From an uncultured Rivularia sp. (lineage in GTDB: Bacteria; Cyanobacteriota; Cyanobacteriia; Cyanobacteriales; Nostocaceae), in assembly GCA_963665115.1 (NCBI GenBank), contig OY762007.1:4192001-4256000 (forward strand): 64,000 nucleotides of DNA. Reading direction: 5' to 3'. The position numbers and the translations under genes were made by a program. Below the pieces are notes generated by a model. It had not been told where the DNA came from, ran no database searches, and saw only the letters and a program-made list of their open reading frames with translations. How positions within the stretch are numbered: position 1 is the stretch's first letter; the number at the start of each line of letters is the position of its first letter. Below are positions 33,020 to 44,248 of the stretch, in pieces.

Positions 33020-33640
33020 ATGTCATCATTTATTGGTCATAGTTTGGCAGGATTGACTACCTATGCAGTAACTCAGCAGTTGCAAACCCATCGCCTTACT
33101 GAAAGTAGGCAATTTAATTGGATATGGCTATTTTGGCTGCTTGTAGTTGCTTCGATACCGGATATTGATTATCTAATTCGGGCACTAAGAATACAACAAG
33201 ATAATCAAACCATAAGAATTACTCACTCTTTTTTGGGGGCAATTCTGATGCCCGGTTGTACAATATTGGGGCTTTGGTTATTAGGTAAACGAGGAAAAAG
33301 TTTTAAATTTCAAAGTTTGCAGGTAATTTTAGTAGGTTTGTCTCATCTTTTGCTAGATATGCTAACTGGGGTTTCTGCGCTGCCATTGTTTTATCCATTC
33401 AGCTTGCAAGCCTTTAGGCTTCCTTTTGGAATACTACCTAGTGCTGGAAGAATTCGATTAACTAATTATTTTTTCTATCGAAACATATTTATAGAATTAG
33501 GTGTTTTGATTCCTTTATCTATAAGTTTACTGTTAAGTATTCGAGATTCAACAAAGTCGGGTAGTCGGCTATTGGTTATTGCAACTGGATTGGTGATTTC
33601 CGTTGGTTTTACAATTTGGGCGTTTTCTCTTAGTCGTTAA
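33020..33640 (+). CDS. Membrane metal-dependent hydrolase (YdjM/DUF457-like)
   Basis: GHSL, PDID, THS and SHLLLD motifs with TM segments. Confidence 0.85.
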   Translation: MSSFIGHSLAGLTTYAVTQQLQTHRLTESRQFNWIWLFWLLVVASIPDIDYLIRALRIQQDNQTIRITHSFLGAILMPGCTILGLWLLGKRGKSFKFQSLQVILVGLSHLLLDMLTGVSALPLFYPFSLQAFRLPFGILPSAGRIRLTNYFFYRNIFIELGVLIPLSISLLLSIRDSTKSGSRLLVIATGLVISVGFTIWAFSLSR

Positions 33641-33706
33641 AAGTTAGAAAAAATATGAGTGTTCGGTGAATTAACTCATCAAACCTGCTTATAAGTTGTA
33701 ATTCTC

Positions 33707-34147
33707 TTAATTAAGACTAAAACCTTTTGGTTCCGATAACCGAGCCATTTCAGAAAAACGCGAATACTTCACCATACCGTTATTAGAAGAATCTGCCGAC
33801 ACTGCAAGTAATCCAATATTTATATCCTCAAAATAAATTACCCCACCAATACGTCCGTCAACTTGAAAAGGTCCGTGAAAGAATTTGTATTTTGCAATTT
33901 TAATTAATAAAGAGTTCGTAATCTTTATTTTATTACCAAACATTTCCTGACAGGTTTTGCGGACAACAGTATCTAGATATTTGTTTTTAGCAGGATTTCC
34001 CAAATCTGTGAATTCCGGATGATCTGCAAAATGATCCATATAAAAGTCCCAGATTTTAGAAAGGTCTTTTTCTGAAGTTAGTATTTGCTTTAATTCCTCT
34101 AATCGTTCGATTTTCATGGTGGATAGGATGCGGCGAGCAGATGGCAC
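33707..34147 (-). CDS. Hypothetical protein
   Basis: 146-aa ORF; start may be ATG at 34117. Confidence 0.6.
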   Translation of the reverse strand: MPSARRILSTMKIERLEELKQILTSEKDLSKIWDFYMDHFADHPEFTDLGNPAKNKYLDTVVRKTCQEMFGNKIKITNSLLIKIAKYKFFHGPFQVDGRIGGVIYFEDINIGLLAVSADSSNNGMVKYSRFSEMARLSEPKGFSLN

Positions 34148-34257
34148 TATTAAAAATTTACCATAGTCATGTTATAGGGAAAATTTAGGTAACGATTTAT
34201 AAATTCAAATGACTGTTAATATCAAGTTCGTATTGAATCGCTTATGAATAAAAATAT

Positions 34258-34313
34258 GTTCGTAGTAGCGCTTTAGCGCATCTTATCGGATGCGCTAAAG
34301 CGCTACTACGAAC
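34258..34313. repeat. REP-like palindrome
   Basis: gttcgtagtagcgctttagcgcatc / gatgcgctaaagcgctactacgaac perfect arms. Confidence 0.85.
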
Positions 34314-34434
34314 CATTAATTATAAATCTTCTGATGATAAGGAATTACGGCGATCGCCTAATTTAAGGAAAACCCAGGGAATCATCATTGCTTTATGCTC
34401 AAACCCTTCATATACAAACAATTCAGCCAACTAT

Positions 34435-34947
34435 CACCATATAACTGCTATGGGGCCATTGTCCGCCGAATAAAGCATATATCTCTACAGGTTTGCTAGA
34501 AATTGTGATTCCAATTTCATAAGACTTACCTGTAAACGGTGCAAAACGACGACAAGCTTCTTGATAGAAATGACTGTGCTGATACTTTTTATTAGTTAAG
34601 TCAATCGCAAACAGTCCATAGAAATAGCGAGGAATACTTTGTATTGTTTCGACAATCTGACCGATGTTTCTCGCCAAAATAGCATTGCGCGGAACTTCAG
34701 TTTTCCAAGCAGTATCTAAAGCCCAGGCTCCACTAGTTAAATGCGAAGCACCGCAGATACCGCAGACGCGAGGTGTCACAATTAATCCGGCTTGCGGATC
34801 TTTACCGCGCAAAATTACTTCAAAGCCGCGAAATAATTCTGCGTGCGTCCAAGCATTAACGACTTGTCCATCATCGATATCTACCCTTACATCCAAATCG
34901 CCCTCAACTCTACCGAGCGGCGAAATGTCTAATGTTTGAATTCCCAT
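34435..34947 (-). CDS. hupL: Uptake hydrogenase large subunit, 5' segment
   Basis: ISPLGRVEGDL, RGFE and PRVCGICG (L1 motif); ends GGQWPHSSYMV. Confidence 0.96.
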
Positions 34948-35075
34948 AATATTATTTTGTTAGCTGTTAGAGATAGGTAATAGGTAATGGGAATAAGGAT
35001 TAATAATTCCTAAGCGAATATTCTCTACTTTTTACTTCTCACTCCTAACTATTCCCAATTACCTATTATTAAATT

Positions 35076-35204
35076 TTAGACTGTAAAAAAGTCTTCTTCT
35101 GCCCAAGCTGGCATTGAGTCTTTTGCTGCCATTGTCAAAATGGCATAGTCTTTTTTGTTGACTCCTGTAGGCAAATCTTTTGGAACTCCTAATACTGTCT
35201 GGGT
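35076..35204 (-). CDS. hupS: Uptake hydrogenase small subunit, 3' segment (last 42 aa)
   Basis: TQTVLGVPKDLPTGVNKKDYAILTMAAKDSMPAWAEEDFFTV-stop is the HupS C-terminus. It is immediately preceded by an in-frame TAA, so the gene is interrupted. Confidence 0.88.
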   Translation of the reverse strand, partial: TQTVLGVPKDLPTGVNKKDYAILTMAAKDSMPAWAEEDFFTV

Positions 35205-35261
35205 TTACTGTATGGTGTGGTACTATTATTCTTATAGACAAAATAATGCTTTAACCGATAT

Positions 35262-36579
35262 ATGCGAATAGGATATGCCCGTGTATCAACTCGTCAGCAA
35301 GCAGATACGGAAGCGCTTGACCAACAAATTAGCCGACTTGAAAAAGCTGGGGCACAGAAAATCCTCTATGATATCGAATCAGGCAGGAAGGATACTAGAA
35401 AAAACTTTAATCAAACAATTGCTTTAGCTAAAAACGGAGTCGCAACAGAAGTGATTGTTACGCGGCTAGATAGACTTGGACGCAACGTAATTAGCATCCA
35501 TAAAACAATAGAAATACTTCAAAAAGCTGGTGTTAAACTTACCATTTTAGATTCTCCTTTAGGCGATACAAACTCCGCTTTCGGGTGGCTAACCATCAAT
35601 AATATTGCCGGGTTGGCAGAGTTTGAGAGTCGTTTGTTATCTGAGCGTGTCTCCCACGGAACTGATTACTATCGCTCAAATCTTAAGTATTTCGGGAAGC
35701 CACCATTTGGCTATACAAAGAATGAAGACGGTAGATGTATCCCTCACCCTACTAATTGGTCGATAGCTAAGGAAACAATCCGTAGACTTTATACTAATTC
35801 CTTTGCTTCTATTACTCGTTGGCTGGTCGAAACTTATGAAATCAAAATGTATCCTTCGAGCTTTCGTAATTGGTTGCACAACCCTGCAATACGAGGTCAC
35901 ACATTTTATAAATTGAAATCAGGTGAATTTGAACGGCATTACGGAACGCATGAGGCATTAATATCTGAACGAGAATATGAAGATATATCAAAAATAACTG
36001 CTCATGTAAATAAAAAAGACCCAAGCAAATTTAAGCCCCACATTCTTGCTGGAATATTCAAATGTGGCGTTTGCGGACATGCTATGACTAAAACGAAGGC
36101 AGGAAAACAGTTTCAATGTACGCAATACAAGCAGTTTGGCAAAGCTGGATGCAGCAACGGGAAGACAATCGCTAAATCTATAGTCAAAAAAGAAGTGATA
36201 AAAGTTCTCATTCAGTATGCTTCCGAAGTTGTACGGGAAGTTAACAACCGAACGCAAACGGATACGATAGTCGATGAAAGGTTAATTACACTACAACACC
36301 AACTGCAAACACTTCAGTCACTTCCTAGCAATCGGGCAATCGAAACGGCGATCGCTGACCCTAAAGCAACAAATAAAAAATTACGAGCAGCAAAGTAATA
36401 TTCGTGAAGCCAGGACAGAAGAAGATAATTTAATGTTACGCTCGTTTGGTCAAGCTGACTTCTGGGAATCTTTATCTGATACGGAGTTTAAAGTTATCTG
36501 TTTACGTTTTATCGAAAGAGTTGTATTCAATGGTGGAAGGGATATAGAAGTCTTTTTACTCGATAGTTCCCTTCCATAG
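35262..36579 (+). CDS. Large serine recombinase (XisF-like); +1 frameshift at 36359-36361
   Basis: IGYARVST, VTRLDRLGRN, recombinase domain and Zn ribbon CGVCG..C..C. The corrected frame runs to TAG at 36579 (438 aa) with a DFWESLS..FIERVV tail. Confidence 0.9.
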
Positions 36580-38280
36580 TTAATTGCTTTCTCTCGGATG
36601 CTTTGCCATATATCTTTATCTAACATCTTGGTTTATCCTGAAACGTGATTTATTTTGGAGGGTTTGATAAATTAATTCTGCTATTGAGGAACACAGAGTT
36701 AAAATACACAACATTCTGGTTAACCAAAAAGTATTATGCCTCTTCGATTTCTCCGGATTAGGAATGTATTATGAAAAACTTCTCATATAGTCAAATTATT
36801 GGAGATAAAAACTCCTAGTACTCAACCAAGCTAAAATTATCAAGTAAGGGCAGGCAAGGGCGAGCAGGGAGAGAAGAAACTTTTTCTTTTCACGGTAAAA
36901 GTCAATAATACAGTGTCTGTTTTCAGAAAAAACTTTTGTAGATACCTGTCACCAACATATATCTAAAATGTTGTAATCCAGATAAGTAATTATTACCACG
37001 CTCGTTAATCGACTTGAAAACAATTTTCCCTCAAACTGCTGAAATTAAATTTTCGTGAAACAACGAAGAAATAATTTTTAATTAATACAATCAGACTCAA
37101 AACAGCAAATCTAAATAAATTTGGAGCGAAACCATACACCTTTAATTATTTATACACAATTGTTTTCATTTTGACAATTTTATTTTTTTAGTTTGTCAGA
37201 GGATTAACGCCTAATATCAAGTCGTATAATTTTATTTAATTTATTAGAATTTTTATACTTAGTCAAGGTAGCTTCCGTATCGATTAAAATTCTTACTGTT
37301 AGGAGCATTAGGCACCGTAAGCATTATCGATAATAAAAAGCATAAGTATAAAAAATAGCAGGCAATATTCAGATACTGAAGTTTTTACAATATTTTTTCA
37401 GTTGTAAGCCCAAATTATTCAAGTTATTGCGAGATAAACATTGTAAGAAAAATAAAAGATTATATTAGTCAAGAAAAAACCTAGAGATAGAAATATTTTG
37501 CTTAACAGAGCAAGTTCTATTTATTACAACTAAAAATAGTCGTGCTTATTTCTCTGCTCTAGTTATATAACTGGATTTTTTGACTAATTTTGACACATAT
37601 TGAAACAAAAACGCTTTGGGGTAGTTTAATCGCTAATTCTCTTGCAAAAAGAGCATTTACACGTCCTCAAACCATAGAAAGTTGGCAAAATTTATTAATG
37701 GCTAGATTGCACCAAACTAGAAAGTTTTAATCTATGTAGTTATATTGAGAACTTATTACCTAGTATTTGTATCAAATGTTTTAAAGACGTTAACACCTAT
37801 AAAATTTATACATCTATCCAATGAAATAGTCTTTAACTTTTAATGCTTTTTTATTCCTTTTGGATGATTTGTTTTGATTCCAATGCATTCAATATTTGAT
37901 TGGGAGTATCAAGCACGACCAATAAAATTACCCAAAAACTTTCTTTTTTGTTTTAACCTTCTGGGTGCATTAGTGAAAGGCAGTAGAAAGTAGGCACAGA
38001 AGCATCTCTTCGAGATGAGTGGCAGTTATAACTCTATAAATAGTAGTGCCTTTTAACCTCCGAACCGGCATTCCGTTCTGGGTCTAAGGCTATCACCGAG
38101 CTACGAAGACCGTAGCGTGTCTGTGCTTTACATAGTGCGGCTAAACTATTTTTACCACTGCCACGGATTCCCTGCCGACTGCTTTTTCCGGTAAATAACA
38201 AATATCATCACACAAGCTTACTGCTCAGATAGCAGTATTGCAGATTTATTATGGCGTTACGTTAGCAGAGGTATCCACAA

Positions 38281-39030
38281 GTGAATAATATTGTAAAGCA
38301 AGAAATACTGAGTCAACTAGAGTCAGAAGAACAGTTTCCTGTGGATTTTGATATCTATTGGCAATGGTTGGAATTTAGCAGTAAAGGCAATGCTAAACGA
38401 GCTTTTGAAAAAACTGGATTTATTATGGGGCAAGACTTTGACCATATTATCCGAAATGATAATATGGTTAAACGCTCTCAAGGAGGAGGTGTTCAGTTAG
38501 AAAAACTGATGCTGACAATCGACTGTGCTAAATCATTCGCTATGATGGCACGAACGGAAAAAGGTCGAGAGGTAAGAAAGTGGTATTTACAATTAGAAAA
38601 ACAATGGCGTTCTCAAAAGCAGACAATACCGCAATTTGGATTAGAAATAAATCGGCAATTATCCAAAATTTTAGAGATTCAGTGTCATTTAGAGCTTCAA
38701 CAACATTTACTATTAGCTAAAACCGAACATTTAACCGAGTCCTTGGAAGCCCACGACAAATGGTTGCAAGGGATAGATGCAGAATTAGAACGTATAGAAT
38801 CTTCATCCGGTCATTATTTTACAGTTGTTGGTTACGCTAATCTTCATAAAATAAAGCTTGGTAAAACTCAAGCAAATAGTTTAGGAAGAAAAGCATCTGC
38901 TTACTGTCGTAAAAATGGAATGCGTAAAGAGGAAGTTTTTGATTCTATGTATGGAACTGTTGGGAATTATCCGCAAGAAGCATTGGAATTTGTTTTTCAA
39001 TCTGAAGGTAAGATTTTCTTGAATCAATAG
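38281..39030 (+). CDS. Phage antirepressor-like protein (AntA/AntB-type N-terminus)
   Basis: FPVDFD..WLEFS..AKR..LTIDCAKSFAMMARTEKGREVRKWY. Confidence 0.7.
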   Translation: MNNIVKQEILSQLESEEQFPVDFDIYWQWLEFSSKGNAKRAFEKTGFIMGQDFDHIIRNDNMVKRSQGGGVQLEKLMLTIDCAKSFAMMARTEKGREVRKWYLQLEKQWRSQKQTIPQFGLEINRQLSKILEIQCHLELQQHLLLAKTEHLTESLEAHDKWLQGIDAELERIESSSGHYFTVVGYANLHKIKLGKTQANSLGRKASAYCRKNGMRKEEVFDSMYGTVGNYPQEALEFVFQSEGKIFLNQ

Positions 39031-39109
39031 TTAAAAGAGATAGCTTCCCCGAATAGTTCGGATATTAAGAGCGACATCAATAATCATTCATTCATGAAAA
39101 TCAAATTCC

Positions 39110-42100
39110 ATGTCGAGAAAATATAAAAAAGGAAGACATTCAAACAAGCAGCAGCCTTGTTCTGTTTGCGGTAACACGTCGGGTAGTTGTAAGATAAATG
39201 ATGATGGTAGCATTTATTGCTTCCACTCCACACCAAATTCCGTACCATCTGGTTACATCCATATTCGAGAATTATCGGATGGTATGGGACATTCTTTTAT
39301 CTCTTCTTACGTAGTTGATGAATTATTAATGGCAGCCAAAGAACTCCAAAATTGTGGAGAGAAAGCAACCTGCAAAGAAATGGCTGGCTTAACAGGGCGA
39401 CCTTCTTCGTGGGCTTACGCCGTTCAAAAAGCTTACTCATCGTACTTTCCTGAATGGAATAAATTTAACAATCATCCGAATGCTACGTTCGTTGAAGCTA
39501 GTAAGCAAGATAATCAATCTCCTCCAACAGATAAGGAAGATTTTCCACCACCGTCAGTTTTGAGCGAGGAAGAAAGAGATAAGCAATATTGTTCAATATT
39601 AAATCAGCTTCCATTAAATGAAACTCACCGCAATCATTTAACGGATGTGCGCGGATTAGAAAAATTTATTGACTTTATTGGTTTTCGTTCGTGGTCAGAA
39701 AAACCAGTAGAAAATGTTAGCGCCTATCTCGCTGGAGTAATCAAACGTGACGACTCATTGTATTTGTATAAGCAATCAGGAATATTTTTACCAATTTATA
39801 ACGAATTAGGACAAATCATAGCTTTTCAAATTCGTCCGGATGATACAAGTAATGGCAAATACAAGTGGGGTTCCTCTGCACCATCTGGTGGTAATGGACC
39901 TCGCTTGGACAATGGAGAAATGCCGCTTGCATTCTGTCGTCCAGAATCGATTGAGTTACCATCAATTGGTTTAGCTGAAGGAGTTTTGAAAGCTTGGTCG
40001 GTTGCCTGTAACCTGAAGCAAATAATTATAGGAGCATCTGGAGCAGCCTGGGATTGCAGTCCAAAATTATTCAAACGTTATTTAGAAAAAATTGCGAGTG
40101 AGCAAAATACTTCATTATCAAACTTAGTGATTGATTTGTATGTAGATGCGGGAATGCTCTCTAATCAACACATCATGCTCCGTTACCACGAAACAATCAA
40201 ATTATTGCAGGAATGGGAATGTAAAATACGTATTGCTTGGTGGGGACAATTTAGTAAAGATGACCTAGACATTGACGATTTGATTCTTCAGGGGAAGCGC
40301 CATAGTATTACTTATATTTCAATAGATGAATGGATGAAACTATGGTCAGATGACATCCGTAACTATTTGCTATATAAATCAGTACAGTTCAACACGTCAG
40401 ATTGGTCGGCACCAGTGCAACATCCATATAGGTCAGAGTTAGGTTATTGGAAGAAAATGAATGCAGAGTGGAAATGGATTCCCAAAGCAGGCTTTAGCTT
40501 CATTGTGGAACGTGAGTTAGTTGGAACAAACGACAATTATGGGGGATTAGTTTTACAAGTAAAACGTACTTATGACCCACCACAAGAGCAGCATAGAGTA
40601 GTAGTGAGTGCCGAAGCATTTAACAAGGTAACGGATTTTATTAATTGCTTATCGCGTGCAACGGGGAAAGTGTATTTTGTTAACAAATTGAAAGTAGATG
40701 AACTTCATAAGTATTTGCATAAAGAATTGTCCGCATACCGAGAACGTGGCGGAAAGCCCTATAAATTATCAGAACGTTTAGGACGGCAATCAGATGGGAC
40801 TTGGGTATTTCATGATTGTCAAATAAGTAAAGATGGAGATTTAATTACGGAAAAAGAATCAGGTTGGGTACTCAATGAAAGATTAATAGCCACAGAAAAA
40901 ATTCCGGTTCCTAAAATCAATACTCAAGCAGAACCAGATGTATTACCACGTTTGGTAAATTCCATGCGTAACTTCTTCGGAGCAGAAGGTTTTATGCCAG
41001 CTTTATTTACAGCGGCATTTTCTGTCGCTGGTTTGTTTTACGATGAAATCCAACAAGAGGAAGGATTTTTCCCAGTTTTGGGACTTTACGGAGATGCGGG
41101 AACAGGAAAAACACTTGCAGCAGTTACTGCACTTTCAGTGTTGGGTTTTGACCATAGAGCCAAGATTAATAAAGCATCTGAAAGCGCTTACCACGAGCGA
41201 TTTAAACTTATGGGTGGGTTAACTCAGTTTCTTGATGACCCAGATAAAACTCAAATTTCTTGGGTTTGTCAGCAAATCAAATCTCAATTTGGTGGGGGTT
41301 CTCGTTCGGTGCGAGAAAATAATCAAGACCCCCCATAGTCCGTTAATTGTCGCTTCTAATTATTCGATTGGTGATGATGACCCAATAATTCTGTCACGGT
41401 TGATTCGATTAGAATTTTGTGGAACCCCAAGCCCTGCGGCTTTCCCCGAATTGAGAGCAATGTCGCGTATATGTTCGTCTGCTCTACCCAATCTAATTAA
41501 ACTTGGTTACGACCAAAAAGGCATCAAAGACTTAGAATCACAGCTAATCGCCAAGTTACCAACGGCTCATGCAAGGTTAGCATCGAGTTTAGCGTTAATT
41601 GGTTACTATGCTTTAAAAGTAGCTCAATTAAGTGGTGTTGTTTCAACAGAAGAAGTTTGGGCTTATTTAAGCTTATTGTGTGGTGAAGCAAATGAAGATG
41701 AATCTAAGAAGGCTTCATTGGATGACTTTGTAGATAAGCTTTTGATATTGCGATCGCAAACTGAAGTCGGTGAGTGGAACTGTAGATTAATTACCGAACA
41801 TGGGAATCCTGAAAACGGAAATTATAAATCTTTGGCTGTTTATCTGCATGGGGTTTGGTCGTTGATGTCTCGCTACTTTAAAAATAACCTTCCCTATAGT
41901 CAAAAAATGATTCGACAGCAGATAGAAAAAACGGGAGGGAAGACTTATAGCAAGCAAAAATTCCACTGTGACAGGGATTCTTCGATTACTTACCAACGGT
42001 TAAAAATTAATGTTAGAGCTGATGTAGATGGTGAGATTTTACAGCCCTTGCCCCCAGAAATGGTGACTCGTAGTTGTGTGGAAATTCCTATAGAGTTAAT

Positions 42101-42197
42101 TTTAGAGCGATTATCTTGCTTTGAATCCGGCTTCGAGCAAAATATCGAAGATTGTCAGACACCAGTTACTGCTTCGAGTGGAGTGAATAGTGGCTAG
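39110..42197 (+). CDS. Primase-helicase replication protein (Zn finger, TOPRIM, P-loop); +1 frameshift at 41329-41334
   Basis: CSVCG..C..C, AEGVLKA, DIDD and GDAGTGKT. Removing one C fuses ORFs 39110 and 41232. Confidence 0.8.
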
Positions 42198-43285
42198 TAA
42201 AAATGATTGATGGTAACTGCTTCATTGCATATGGAATAAGCATTCGAGGGCTTATGAGTTATCAGTTACTACTTCTGCGGGAATAACCCTAATAATTCCC
42301 TAGTAATTAATCAAGCGAAGTCTCAAGTAATTATTCCTGATACTCATATAAGGGATATTGTTTGTTTTATCTTGAATCGCGGTTAAGTAAGTGGGTGGGT
42401 GGGAAAATTCATCACTGCGTAATTGGGAGTGAAACGAAGCATTCACCACAAAGGTGTGGCTCATCGCAATCGTTTTGAGCATTTAACTTTCCGTTACTCC
42501 CGTTAGGTTTGCTTGTGCCTACCTACGAAAGTGATGGTTAATTGTTTAAAGCGATAGGGGAGTTTACAATACAAATAAATATTCCGTCTTCTTAAAAGAC
42601 TAATAACTAAGGATGACCGTCACTGATGCCTTTAGGGAAGCTTAAGGACTATCACCGTGCGGGATTGAAGTCGGTCTACTTTATGGTCGTCAGATTGAAT
42701 TATTAAATATTGATACCGAAAAACTGCGATACTTTTTTCTTATTTATTGTTTAACAGTAGCTTTCTTATTGCGATTAAAAACGGAAGTAGTGTTCCTGTA
42801 TCCAAATTTCATTATTAACATTGAATATGAGTACTTTCACTCATAAATATTTTGCTATCAGAGAATATTTTTTTATAATTACTTACTATTTGAACAGTAA
42901 TTGTAGTAACTTACGTAAAAAAACGGGTGAAAGCTTATAATCATCAATATTTCATTAGTTACTATTAATTATTTTAGATAAATAAGAGTAACTGTAATCA
43001 GAATTAACGATAATTTATTTAGAGTTATTTTCTACGTATACCACGGGAATCAAATTGTAATTTTTAATCTCAAAATTACACATTAATACGTTAACTAGAG
43101 AAATAAAATATACGGAATAAATATTTTTTAGTTATCTATACACAAAACAGAAGTTATTAATTTTACTAAAGATTATATTATTTTCATAAATAAAAATACA
43201 AGTAACATCTCTAACAATCGGATGATGAAATTACGATATAGCTAGAGTTATTAAGTAAGTAGAAAACAATGTAATTTCCTGCTCT

Positions 43286-43867
43286 ATGCTTTATAAAGCG
43301 TCTAATTTTTCTGAATCGCGCCAAGGAGACTGTTATCCCAAACATTTAATTAGTGCATCTACTTTAATGCGAACTGGCTTATTTATCGCTTTACTAGATT
43401 CAATTATTTATCCGAGTTTAGTCAGCTTTATCACGTCAGCATTTTTAATATCTGGGGTAGTTGCAATTACTTGGCGACAAAATTTAGATGCTTTATTTAG
43501 AGCTATTACAAAGTTTTCTAAACGATACAAAGTAACTTCCTCTGCCCTAATAGTTTTAGGCACATTTTTACTGTTAGATGCTCTCTCAACTCCGGTGCAA
43601 GCACAGTTTTTCCAAAATGCAGAAACCTGGATGAGTGGGCAGTTTACAGGTGCGGATGAAGCAATTGTTTTATCATTTAACGTACTACGAGGATTATTCT
43701 TGCTTTACTTAGGAATCTCTTTAGTCAAAGTAATTCAAGCTGCCAGAGACAATGAAGATTGGCAGAATTTAGCCAGAACACCAATGATTATTTTGATTGC
43801 AGTAACAGTAGGCGATATTCTAACCAATTTAATTATTGGAGGAGGAGGTGCTGCACCTGGAGGATAA
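43286..43867 (+). CDS. Putative VirB2-like pilin/membrane protein
   Basis: Processing-like motif VQAQFF followed by two TM helices; first gene before VirB3/VirB4-like genes. Confidence 0.5.
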   Translation: MLYKASNFSESRQGDCYPKHLISASTLMRTGLFIALLDSIIYPSLVSFITSAFLISGVVAITWRQNLDALFRAITKFSKRYKVTSSALIVLGTFLLLDALSTPVQAQFFQNAETWMSGQFTGADEAIVLSFNVLRGLFLLYLGISLVKVIQAARDNEDWQNLARTPMIILIAVTVGDILTNLIIGGGGAAPGG

Positions 43868-43915
43868 GAGGCAGGGAGCGGGCATTAGAGTTTAAAAAAG
43901 GAAAATAGATAAGAC

Positions 43916-44236
43916 ATGGAGGGTAGACCTAAATATCGTAAAGTTAACGCTACTTTAGGCAAACAACCATCAATAGGACCGTTCCCCGCAGACCAATTAA
44001 TACCTTGGGCAATCATTAGCGCTATTTCCTATTATCTTGCTCATGGTTTGTTGAGATTAAATTGGGTTTGGACTTGTTCTATAGCAGCTTGGGGAATAGC
44101 AACGTGGTGGATTCTTACTGCCAATGGCGCTTGGCGAATTTTGTCTAAGTTTGTTGCAACTCCAAATTGGACGAGAGTACGTTGTTTATACAAACCAGTT
44201 ATGAATTCAGGCACAAGTTCAAAAATCAAAAAATAG
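43916..44236 (+). CDS. Putative VirB3-like membrane protein
   Basis: 106 aa, 2 TM, VNATLG..IGP motif, directly before VirB4. Confidence 0.55.
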   Translation: MEGRPKYRKVNATLGKQPSIGPFPADQLIPWAIISAISYYLAHGLLRLNWVWTCSIAAWGIATWWILTANGAWRILSKFVATPNWTRVRCLYKPVMNSGTSSKIKK

Positions 44237-44248
44237 TAAGTTCCACAG

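Noticed and set aside
35185..35230. Exact serine-recombinase crossover and repeat in hupS
   Set aside because: The other end is outside the window; only the approximate junction (about 35205-35207) can be stated.
35059..35241. 60-aa minus-strand ORF in the track
   Set aside because: Wrong frame; the real coding frame is the HupS C-terminus at 35076-35204.
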